A stretch of 64,000 nucleotides of DNA from Octopus sinensis (lineage: Eukaryota). The position numbers were made by a program, and so were the translations under genes. Under the pieces are notes generated by a model. The model worked only from the letters and a program-made list of their open reading frames with translations, did not search any database and was not told the origin of the DNA. Where the stretch lies: positions 46,810,001 through 46,874,000 of the forward strand of contig NC_043013.1 in NCBI RefSeq assembly GCF_006345805.1, in the 5' to 3' direction. Positions 1-10,565 of this stretch are shown here, one piece after another. The stretch's first letter is position 1. Every line of letters starts with the position of its first letter.

Positions 1-372
1 GATGTTGTTAATGTAGGTGGTAGTGGTAGTGGCGCCGGTGGTGGTGGTGGTGTTTGTTTGTGGTGGTGTTGGTGTTGGTGTTGGTGGTGGTATTGGTGGT
101 GTTGGTGGTTGTGGTGGTGATGGTGGTAGTGGTGGTGGTGGTGGTGGTAGTGGTGTTTGTTTGTGGTGGTGTTGGTGTTGGTGGTGGTATTGGTGGTGTT
201 GGTGGTTGTGGTGGTGATGGTGGTAGTGGTGGTGGTGGTGGTGGTGGTGGTGGTGGTGTTTGTTTGTGGTGGTGTTGGTGTTGGTGGTGGTATTGGTGGT
301 GTTGGTGGTTGTGGTGGTGATGGTGGTAGTGGTGGTGCTGGTGGTGGTAGTGGTAGTGGTGGTGGTGGTGGA
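1..372. repeat. (GGT)n-derived compound microsatellite with about 100-bp higher-order units
   Basis: Block ggtgtttgtttgtggtggtgttggtgttggtggtggtattggtggtgttggtggttgtggtggtgatggtggtagt recurs three times. Confidence 0.9.
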
Positions 373-480
373 GTTTTTACTGTTTGCTGAATTGCTGGGG
401 CACATATTTTCTCTTCTATTTCTATTTGAGATTAAGAGAAACGGAAAATTTTCTACATCGTAAATAAATGCAAGCAATTT

Positions 481-865
481 AGTTGTCGTAGTTGTTGTTG
501 GTGGTGAGCGTAGCGGTCTTCGTCCCAGAGTGGGAGAAGTCCGAAACGTGGTCCTTTGCTATTCGTAAGACCCGCAGAAGAGAATGCAGGTTAACCCCCG
601 ACACCGACAGCATCGACGGATAGATGAATACGCGTCCAGGCTCAGCGGTTGCGTAGGAAGTCGGGGACAAGAAACAGGAAGAAAGAGTGAGAGAAAGTTG
701 GAGCGAAAGAGTACAAAAGAGGTTGCCACCACCCTCTGCCGGAGCCTCGTAGAGCTTTAGGTGTTTTTGCTCAATAAACACATATAACGCCCGGTCTGGG
801 AGTCGAAACCACGATCCTCAGACCGCGAGTCCTTTGCCCTAACCATTGGGCCATTGCGCCTCCAC
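481..865 (-). mobile_element. tRNA-derived SINE, family A (tail type 3)
   Basis: Minus strand begins GTGGAGGCGCAATGGCCCAATGGTTAGGGC with A-box and B-box-like GGTTTCGACTC; body shared with copies at 2274, 17432, 20294, 28337; (AAC)n-like tail. Confidence 0.9.
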
Positions 866-1074
866 TGTTGTTGATGATGGTGATGGTTGTGGTAATAACA
901 TTGATTGCATTATCATTGACTCTGTTGTTGTTATCACTCTGTCTTTTATTAATTTTGTTGTTGTCCTCAGGTCGTTGCAGTCGTAGCCACCCATTTGCAT
1001 CCTAACATTTTGTGATGTAACGGAATCACCACAAAATTTAGACTTTTACTGAAATTTCTCTGTTTGTCTGTTTC

Positions 1075-1118
<44 letters not shown>

Positions 1119-1288
1119 TCTCTCTCTCTTCCCCTCTCTTACATCAAACAACTTTTTCTACTTTCACCCCCTGCCATTACTGTGGTCGTCCATCTCGACT
1201 ACCTTTGCTAGTCAAATCTTTATACTAGTTGAAATTTTAAAGGAAAAAAATTACCAGTTTCCAAAGATCAAGTATTGCAACGGTTTAT

Positions 1289-1649
1289 AGGCGCAGGTGT
1301 AGCTGTGAGGTAAGGAAAGGCAAAGGCGTGGCTGTGTAGTAAGAAGTTTGCTCCCAAACCACATTGTTCTGGTTTCAATCCGTCTGCGTGGCACCTTTGG
1401 CAAGTGTCTTCTACTACAATACTACTTTTGGCCCCAAAAAGCCTTGTGAGTGGAATTGGGAAACGGAAACTGAAAGAAGACTGGCGGATATATTTATATA
1501 TATATGTAATATATACTACTAATATAGGACGAAGATTTTTACAGAAAAATATTCATCAAAACATGTGGCAGCATATTAAAATAGCTTTAAGGTTAAAATT
1601 ATAAACAACATATGTTATTTATGTATATATATTTGATTTCAGAACGTAA

Positions 1650-1687
<38 letters not shown>

Positions 1688-1915
1688 ATGTGTGTGCGCG
1701 CGCGCGTGTGTGTGTGTTTATCCCCATCACCTCCTGACAATTGGTGTTGGTGTGTTTACGTTCCTGTAAGTTAGTGGTTCGGCAAAAATAACCGATAGAA
1801 TAAATACCAGGCTTAAAAAGTAAGCATTGTGCTCGATTTGTTTGACTAAAATTCGTCAAGGTGGCGCTCCAGCTTGGTTGCAGTCTAATGACCGAAACAA
1901 GTGAAAGGTAAAAGA
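1289..1915 (+). mobile_element. tRNA-derived SINE, family B (CORE-like, central TA/TG linker), diverged
   Basis: ggcgcagg..gtggctgtg head, gtggcacctttggcaagtgtctt, 3' half ending gaaacaagt; AT-rich insert in linker. Confidence 0.8.
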
Positions 1916-1959
1916 TAACAATAATTTCCCAACTTGAGAAAATTTTTATCAAAAAAACA

Positions 1960-2780
1960 AACTCACGAAATATTATCATGTTCAATTCTGTTTTCTATTA
2001 CACGAAAATTAGATAAAACTACGATTCTGTTCAGGTTGAAACAATGGATATTCTTAGAAATTTCTTAAGGCTAAAGCTAAGTGCTGTTGTTTGTTAGGAT
2101 TGTTATGGCCAGAAGACGAAGCGTTTGGTAGCTGTGGTGGCATCCGATGCCATCTTTGGAAGTGTAACAGCTACCACTCTGGATATTGTAGAATGTTACT
2201 GCACTCCGCTGTCTTTTTATAGCATTTCATTAAAGGAAAATATTCAAGTGACTCTTGGTACCATAGATATAAAAAACGATAAACGTCGCCCTTTTCAAGC
2301 CTAGCCAGGCTCATGGGCCCAGTTTCCCGGTTTCTGTGGTGTATGTGTTCCCCCCAGCTGGACGGGACGCCAGTCCATCGCAGCGTTACTCAAGAAACAG
2401 GAAGAAAGAGTGAGAGAAAATTGTGGCGAAAGAGTATAACAGGGCTCGCTATCACCCACTGCCGGAGCTTCGTGGGGCTTTTAGGTGTTTTCGCTCAATA
2501 AACACACACAACGCTCGGTCTGGGAATCGAAACCGCGATCCTCCGACCGTGAGTCCGCTGCCCTAACCACTGGGTCATTGCGCCTCCACACCATAGATAT
2601 AAATAATCAGCTTTTTGCTTTTTTCGCTCTCTCAGCCGAGCAAATCTCCGTACAGTTCTTGATTTTTAGCCGTCATTCGGTCTTCAAAGTCCACATGTCG
2701 TCTGTCGTCGCCTCAGCAACGCGTTACTTATGTACTGCGCTACCTCTGTTACACAAAGAAGCCGAGGAACTATAAAAAGA
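1960..2780 (-). pseudogene. Possible decayed cadherin-repeat coding remnant, split by a SINE
   Basis: After removing the SINE, minus frames give VDFED, KLIIYIYGTKSHLNIF and TISRVVAVT/SKDGIG in cadherin order; stops and frameshifts. Confidence 0.3.
2274..2589 (-). mobile_element. SINE family A (tail type 2) with 14-bp TSD
   Basis: TSD accatagatataaa at 2260-2273 and 2590-2603; A/B-box head; tail contains gcgatggactggcgtcccgtccag. Confidence 0.93.
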
Positions 2781-3654
2781 AAATATATTTAATTTAGAAC
2801 ACTCCTATCATGTTAGATAGGGTAACAGAGATAAGGGAATTAGACCAAAGATTAATTTACTGATACTTAGGAATCGATAAACTAGATAGAGCACAAAACA
2901 AAAACGGAAGAAAATATTGGGAAGAAATGTCGCAGAACTGAACGCAAATAAATACTTAAATGAACAATGAATGAATGAATAAATAAATAAATAAATCAGG
3001 GAATGGGCATCAACACTTTCAATATTCTTGGAATAATTTATTGACTTAGAGAAGAATTATAATTACATACATAAAGGGGGGGGGGTAGCGGTCATGTGCA
3101 ACTAGAAAACTTACAAAATAATCAATGCATGACACAAAAAGAAATTTAGTATAGCGCCATTCAATGGTAAATCGCATGTGTTAATGACTAGACATCCTTT
3201 ACTGGAAGGAGGTGTACTCCGGTGACGGAAAACAACAGCGATCAGACATTTATGTTCGAATCTGCCACAACGTATTAAAAACGAACAAATATGTTTGTAT
3301 TCCCGCGGTTCCGTGTGTATCTTATTTGGGAGACATCAACGCGCATGAGCAAATAATTCGTGTGTTAATTCCTATGAACAAGTTCTCTTGCTCTTTTAAA
3401 TTCACCGGGGTAGATTGACTAAGGAAACACGCAACAAAGTCGAAATGCATGTGGTGTCTTAAAGCCTTCTTACACTAGTGTATCACGGGTGTTACGAATA
3501 CACATCGTCTAAAGAGAGGAGGTGCCCTCTGATGACGAAGAACAACTAGCAGTCGGATATTCATCTACGAATCTGCCGGAGTCTATCAAGAATGAATAGA
3601 TACGTTATTATCTATTCATAAAAATCTGGGAAGAGAGATAATATATTTAAAAAA

Positions 3655-4131
3655 ACGGGGTTGGGCTGGAAAGCAGAAACAATCCCTGTAAACATTGGTG
3701 TTTTAGCAATGATAAAAATATGCAGACAAATAGATGACATCACTCACCCCTAAATATTATTTACAAATATGCGAACGCACAGAAAATAGTTCTCCTAGGC
3801 ATACACTCATTACATGGATTATTATTAAAACTAAGAGACACAAAACCGAAACAAGAGGTCAATTGAAGCAGTGGAGTGAAAGTACCTAATAAGATTAAGA
3901 CTATTACATAAGGATAACACAATAACAACAATAATGATATATACGTGTAGCATTCCTAGGCACCGCATACAATCTACGTAAAACACTTTCAATACAATAA
4001 AAGTAAGAGCATCACCACAAACCTCAGCACAAACCCAAGGCACACAGAGCTGCGTTCGGTAGTGCAATGAAAGCATGTGATAAAAATAAAACTACTGAAT
4101 AATGATGATGATGATAATGATGATGATGATG

Positions 4132-4185
<54 letters not shown>

Positions 4186-4190
4186 TTAAT
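3655..4190 (+). mobile_element. 3'-end fragments of R4/Dong-type (RLE) LINE with (TAA)n tail
   Basis: KAETIPVNIGVLAMIK, QKIVLLG and VAFLGTAYNLRKTLSIQ* match RLE C-termini; followed by short UTR and (GAT)n(TAA)n. Confidence 0.65.
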
Positions 4191-4329
4191 GATAAAAATA
4201 TGCAGACAAATAAACCCACTCCTAGATGTTACAAATATGCAAACGCACAGAAAATAGTTCTCCTTCTCATACACTAGTTACATGGATTATTATTAAATCT
4301 AAGAGAAACAAAACCAAAATAAAAGGTCA

Positions 4330-5640
4330 GTTGTAGAAGCCATTAACACTCTTGCAGTACCAATCGTGGCTTACAGTTTCAACATAATCAACTGGCAAAT
4401 GAGCGAAATAAAGAAGCTAGACTCCAAGAGCAGAAAACTACTAACCATGGCTCGAATGAACCAGCCAAAAGCGGACGTGAACAGGATTTATTTACCGAGA
4501 AGCATGGGAAGAAGAGGACTAACTCAATTAGAATTATCTTACAAAACCACCACTGTAGGATTAAATACATATCTTGAGCTGTCAAAAGATCCTCTAATGA
4601 AGCTTGTGCACCAGCATGATAAAGTAAAGAAGCTATACTCGGTATACAAAGGATCTGTACAGTTAAAGAAACAACTGATGACGGAGGAACCTAGGATGAA
4701 GGGAATGAGAAAGCAACTCAGTTTGCTAAAAGAATTAAGGAAGAAGTGAAAGACAAGCCCAGAAGAAGAGCAACGAAGATTGGCTAGAAAAACTGATGTT
4801 TGGCTGATACCCATGTAGAGTGAAAAAACCAGACGTAGAAAAACGAGACACTCGTGTATGGATGAAGAGCTCAGGACTGAAGGCTGAAATCGAAGGTTTT
4901 ATCATAGCAGCACAAGATCAAAGCTTGACAACCAGGGCTTATCACAACAAAATAATGAACGATGGCACTGGCCCGAAATGCAGAATGTGTCATGAGCATG
5001 ATGAAACAGTGGACGACATCTTAACTGGATGCACAGAGCTTGCAAAAAACCGAATATATTCATAGACACTATAGAGTAGCACAATATATCAATTGGAAGA
5101 TATGTAAACACTACCAGCTTCCAATTTCAGAAAGATGGTACAAGCATAAACCTGAAACTGTGACCGGAAAAGATGATGTAGCAGTACTCTGGGACATGCC
5201 AATCAACACCGATAATCAAATCAAGGCAAACAGACTAGACATATTCATCAAAGATGGGAAGAATAAGAAATATTTAATGATAGATGTGACAGTACCATCA
5301 GAGAGAAATGTGTCCATTAAAGAAGTTGAAAAGTCATTTAAGTACATAGACCTAGAAATAGAAGTGACCAAGATGTGGGGAATGAAAAGTAGCACAGCAC
5401 CAGAGGTGATTGGAGTGTTAGGGTTAATTAAAAAGGACCTTGATAAGCAGCTCAACAAACTCCCTTGCTGTGTTGACGTAGAACATCAGAAAATAGTGTT
5501 GCTAGGTTTCATACACATTTTACGCCGTGCACTCCCCATGAGATGAAGACCTCCTGTGACCCTAGGGTCAAAGGGTGACCCCGGTTCAGCAGAAGACAAT
5601 GAACCTTATTTTTAAAAAACTATAATAAAAATAATAATAG
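4330..5640 (+). mobile_element. R4/Dong-clade LINE, 3' half (RT C-terminus, zinc knuckle, RLE), frameshifted
   Basis: AINTLAVP..PKADVNRIYLPRSMGRRGL; AQDQSL..CRMC..ETVDDILTGC..RH; NRLDI..IDVTVP..KYIDL; TAA-rich 3' end. Confidence 0.92.
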
Positions 5641-6262
5641 GTCTGACATAGAATGTTTGAAAAACCTTAAGTTTGACAAGACTACCAAATCTACAAAATC
5701 CAAAAATTAAAGAAAAAATATAATATGAAAACCATACTTGACATTGATGCTACCGTAGAAACCATCAAGCATGTATGTGCTAAAGATGCCCGCATAGCAA
5801 TGTATGAAAAGCGCGTTAGATTCCTCAAGGACAACAACAAGTTCAAAAATAACCCCAAAAATTTTACAGGAAGATCGGGAAAACGCCAGTTACAGTAAAG
5901 TCTGTCTCACCAAAAGATGTGCAGGAATTTTGGAATAAAATTTGGATAGAAGAAAAATACAGAATGAAGAAGCTCCTTGGATTGATAGAATATCTAAAGA
6001 ATTGGACTCCTTAGAGGAACAAAAGTGGGAGGGTGTCAAAGTAGAAGATATAAGATCTGCTCTCAAACAAATGGAGGTCAAACAAATGGAAGTCTCCAGG
6101 AAAGGATAAAATTCCTTCTGGTTGAATGCCTTCCCAGAGAGCCATGAACTGCTAACAAAACTTTAAAACGATGTTTTGCAACATCCTAGTATGATGCCCT
6201 CTTGGCTAGTTAATGGTTTAACATTCCTACTTCCCAAAAATGAAGAAGCAAATGAGTCAAAC
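5641..6262 (+). mobile_element. R4-clade LINE, N-terminal RT region fragment
   Basis: FKNNPK..EFWNKIW..WKSPGKDKI..FWLN..PSWLVNGLTFLLPK with frameshifts. Confidence 0.8.
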
Positions 6263-6350
6263 ACATGCACACTTACAGACACGCACACACATAGGCATAA
6301 TATGAATTTTATGCTATACATACAAACACGTGTGTGTGTGTGTGAGTGTG

Positions 6351-6720
6351 TGGAAAGTACGCGTAATTCTACATGTCCTTCTATTTGGCCCTCATTTGTG
6401 TCCAAGAGTAGCTACAACGCTAGCTAGGAAGGAAGGTATTGTAGCATTACAGTGGAATCATATCAAGGGAAGATTTCTGGTCCTTAAAAGCCTCTTAGAA
6501 TTATTAAAAATATATTTACGTTACTTAAAATATATCACCCAATGTCAAAACATTTCACTCACTAACACACAGATATGCAGTCAATAACAGTTCGACTAAG
6601 ATTACATGACAGTCTCGTGATCCGTCACATCAGATGTTCGACAGAAGATACTTCTTTTGAACAGCCGATGTGTAACTCCAACAAAATGCTTTGAAAATTA
6701 TTTTCATTTGCTCTCTGACT
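6351..6720 (-). pseudogene. Cadherin-like remnant; 190 bp duplicated at 9497-9686
   Basis: Minus frames: DHET..ELLLTAY, PEIFP*YDSTV, SVVAT/LDTNEGQIEGHVEL; about 90 percent identical by eye to 9497-9686. Confidence 0.4.
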
Positions 6721-6747
6721 CATATAATATATATATATATATATATA

Positions 6748-7821
6748 TAGTATACAGTAGTACTTGTCGTCACTTTAATATGGGTATTCTCTAAGAACCG
6801 ACAATACTGCTATTTTAACCCCAGGAAGACCTCTTCGAGCTAGTTATTTAGTGCGCTTTCGCACTCGATATTAATTGTAAACGGGAGGGAAACCTGCCAT
6901 CCTAGGACAGAGACCACCAGATCACGTGAATTCGGTCTTATTGGATCAATTTAGTGGTAGATACTCGTTCACCAGGCATGGCATTAATCTGCCCTCGCTT
7001 GCAATATATATAAAATACAGTATTATACAATCACTGACCTTGTAACTAGGAAACTTGTACGTAAGAAACTTTCCGTTCGAGATCGATGCATTATCTTTTC
7101 TACTCTAGGCACAAGGCCCGAAATTTTGGGGAAAGGGGGACAGTCGATTAGATCGACCTCAGTACGCAACTGGTACTTAATTTATCGAGGCCGAAAGGAT
7201 GAAAGGCAAAGTCGATTTCGGCGGAATTTGAACTCAGAACGTAAAGACTGACGAAATACCTATTTCTTTACTACCCACAAGGAGCTAAACATAGAGGGAC
7301 AAACAAGGACAGACACACGGATTAAGTCGATTACATCAACCTCAGTGCGTAACTGGTACTTATTTAATCGACCCCGAAAGGATGAAAGGCAAAGTCGACT
7401 TCGGCGGAATTTGAACTCAGAACGTAAAGATTGATGAAATACATATTTCTTTGATATCCACGAGGGGCTAAACACAGAGAGGACAAACAAGGACAGACAA
7501 ACGGATTAAGTCGATTACATCGACCCCAGTGCGTAACTGGTACTTTATTTATCGACCTCGAAAGGACGAAAGGCAAAGTCAACTTCGGCGGAATTTGAAC
7601 TCAGAACGTAACGGCAGACGAAATACCGCTAAGCATTTCTCCCGGCGTGCTAACGATTCTGCCAGCTCGCCGCAGTATACCAACCAGAAAGTAGTGTCCA
7701 TCGCCAGTTTGATGTGGTTGATCTGTAGGAACCGACGATGTCTGCCTGGGGTTAAACTAACAGTATTGTCGGTTCTTACAGAACACCCACGCTAAAGTGG
7801 CGGCATCCACTACTTTCTAGT
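6748..7821. mobile_element. Inverted-repeat-bounded element (MITE-like) hosting a SINE trimer
   Basis: 6766-6833 is an imperfect reverse complement of 7737-7804 (shared core taagaaccgacaatactg..tttaaccccagg). Confidence 0.45.
7095..7673 (-). mobile_element. SINE family C, one head plus three tandem bodies
   Basis: Head gcggcgagctggcagaa..gttagcacgccggg; ttctgagttcaaattccgccga..gactttgcctttc body repeated three times at about 182-bp spacing. Confidence 0.92.
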
Positions 7822-7869
7822 TCGTATGCTGTTTTGATCTCGAACGGAGGTACTAAATATCGGGACCTA

Positions 7870-8370
7870 TACAGATGATAATGTTGATAGTGATCATGAA
7901 TTATGAGATCGATATCGACAATGATGGTAACACTGAACAGGATGATAAAGTTGATAATTTGAGGGATGATCACAAAGAGAATGGCTGTGTTGACGCTGAC
8001 GGTGATGACGACGATGACGATGACGATGACGATGACCACAAGGATGATGATGAGGAGGAGGTGGGGGAGAAGGAGGATGAAGAGGAGGAAGAGGAAGAAG
8101 AGAAGGAGGAAGAGGATATTAAGAAATGATGATTATGATACTCGTGGTGGCGGCGGGAGTTTTGATGTTGATGACGCTTCTGCAGCAGCTGATGATGTCT
8201 ATGATGATGACGATGAACGGTGACTAAGATGACGATGTTGATGATGATCGTGGTGATGATGATGCTGATGATGATTGATGGTTGTGCTGATGCTGATGAG
8301 GATTATGAAAATAAAGTTGATGCTGGCGATGGTGATAGTTGTGGTGGTGATGGTTGTGGTGGTGATGGTA
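7870..8370. repeat. (GAT)/(GAC)/(GAG) trinucleotide-derived low-complexity tract
   Basis: Direct inspection. Confidence 0.9.
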
Positions 8371-8902
8371 ATACAATTTATTAATGTATTGTTTTTTCAA
8401 GTTAAACATTGCTTACTTCTTGTTTCCTGAATAATAAACAAAATTTGGAAGTTATTTGTATGTGTGTTTGTGTTTTTTTTGTATGTGTGTTTGTGTTTTT
8501 TTTTTTAACTCTATTGCGATCTGCTGACATATTCTCGTAAATGTGTCCCTTGGTTAATTACGAATAATTTTCCAGCACATTCTTGTATTTCAAGAACGTT
8601 CGGTTTTTCTTGGTTTCAAAGTTTATCTGACCTCAAACGCACTCACCTATCGTGATTGGTTGATTTAATATAATGTAAAACTCGAAAATAATCTCAAAAA
8701 GCACAATTGCACCTAAAAAAAAAACCCTGCAGAATATTTCATTTCGAAGACAAACATTATGAAATAGTTTATACATATTCATCTCTTAGATGATTTCTTT
8801 TCTGGTTATTGTTACATATTTAACTGTAAAATAAGCATTCTGCCAGTTAGGCTTGTATAATAAACTAGCAACAATGGTTTTAAGCAGGTAAGTTTATATA
8901 TA

Positions 8903-9299
8903 TCTTTATATATAAAAGTGAGGTTGTGTGCTGTCTGTCTCCTACGATTTAGATTCCTAACTACTCCCACATTTTGTGGTGCAGTTTAACCAAAACCGGG
9001 TATCTTATAGTCGTGATTCATATCGAGCCCTTCTGGGTATTAGCGCGCGTCTACGATGAGTCTACAATTTAAAAAAAATTACCATCATTTTTTTCCATTT
9101 TTAATGCATTTTTTCGCTATTATATAAGGGAAGTAACTCTCTAAAAATGTCTACGATGAGTCAACGATTTAAAAAAAATTACCATCATTTTTTTCCATTT
9201 TTAATGCATTTTTTTGCTATTTTTTGGCTATAACTCTCTAAAAATGCTTATATAGTTATTTCCCTTACAAACCCGAGCAACGCCGGGCGATACTGCTAA
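8903..9299 (+). mobile_element. Non-autonomous Helitron
   Basis: A|TCTTTATATATAAAA 5' end; subterminal hairpin CCCGAGCAACGCCGGG; CTAA|T 3' end; inserted in AT with no TSD; internal duplication of about 65 bp at about 100-bp spacing. Confidence 0.85.
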
Positions 9300-9686
9300 T
9301 GTAATATAACGAATGCCAAAGAACAAGTGGTCAGCTGACGTTGCTCGTCATTTTTGTAAAAGAAACATCAATGTTACTGGAATCCGTTTATCTTTAAAGA
9401 CTTGCCTAGAAGCGAAATGACTGTGATTGTAATGTTTATCTAGCATTCATAGATATTTAGATTGAAAGTCTTTGTAGGTACTTCATTGAATACCTTGGAA
9501 AGTACACGTAATTCTACATGTCCTTCTATTTGGCGCTCATTCGTGTCCAAGAGTAGCTACAATGCTATTTAGGAAGGGAAGTTTTATAGCATTACAGTGG
9601 AATCATATCAAGGGAAGATTTCTGGTCCTTACAAAGCCGCTTAGAATTATTAAAAATATATTTACGTTACTTAAAATAAATCACCA

Positions 9687-10085
9687 GGAGTGGCTGTGTC
9701 GTAAGTAGCTTGCTAACCAACCACATGGTTCCGGGTTCAGTCCCACTGCGTGGCATCTTGGGCAAGTGTCTTCTGCTATAGCTACGGGCCGACCAATGCC
9801 TTGTGAGTGGATTTGGTAGACGGAAACTGAAAGAAGCCTGTCGTATATATGTATATATATATGTATGTGTGTATGTGTGTGTATCTTTGTGTGTCTGTGT
9901 TTTTCCCCCTAGCATTGCTTGACAACCGATGCTGGTGTGTTTACGTCCCCTTCACTTAGCGGTTCGGCAAAAGAGACCGATAGAATAAGTACTGGGCTTA
10001 CAAAGAATAAGTCGACTAAAGACGGTGCTCCAGCATGGCCGCAGTCAAATGACTGAAACAAGTAAAAGAGTAAAGAGTAAAGAGA
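9687..10085 (+). mobile_element. SINE family B, near full length
   Basis: aggagtggctgtg..gggttcagtcccactgcgtggcatcttgggcaagtgtctt..linker..agtaaaagagtaaagag tail. Confidence 0.95.
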
Positions 10086-10189
10086 GAGTAGTTAAGACGC
10101 TTTGTTTTGAGATGGGTTTCTTATGACATGCGGTCGATGTTTAAAGGAATGAGCAATTCCGATATTTTATTTTGTCATAAGGCCATGAA

Positions 10190-10565
10190 AGAAATGAGAC
10201 ATGTTGTAGTTTAAGACAATATGGAGTTATGGAAACAATAAAAAAAAACATTTTGTTTATAAGACGTGAGAATTATTGTATGTGGCTGGTGTGTGAGACA
10301 AAGGAGAGATATAACATAGATCTTGTAAAAGATAAGGGGGAGTTATGACCTGTTGTTGTATGTGAGGCAATAGAAAGTTATTGTACGTTGTTGGCGTGTG
10401 AGAGAATGGATGAGTTGTGAGATTTTATTGAATTGTGAGAGGAGGTTCTAATACTTTATGGGGAAGTGAGACACTCAGGAGCCGTAATGCTGTTGAAGTT
10501 TGAGGCAATGGAGAAGATACAAGATTTTGTTAGAATATAAGACAACAGGGCAAGTTATGGCATGT
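10190..10565. repeat. Old diverged minisatellite (about 37-40-bp unit)
   Basis: Recurrent gtgagacaatggagagttatgacatgttgttg-like units. Confidence 0.55.

Noticed and set aside
17-463. Gly/Val-rich ORFs at window start and poly-H/V/T ORFs at 38456-40644
   Set aside because: Translations of GGT/CAC/GAT triplet arrays with no domain or splice support
7095-7673. Regularly spaced repeats resembling a CRISPR array
   Set aside because: Units are about 182-bp SINE bodies without unique spacers; eukaryotic context; no cas genes
7776-8039. Hydrophobic minus-strand ORF placed like a transmembrane segment after the cadherin remnant
   Set aside because: Lies in (GAT)/(GAC)-derived sequence that yields Ile/Val runs by default
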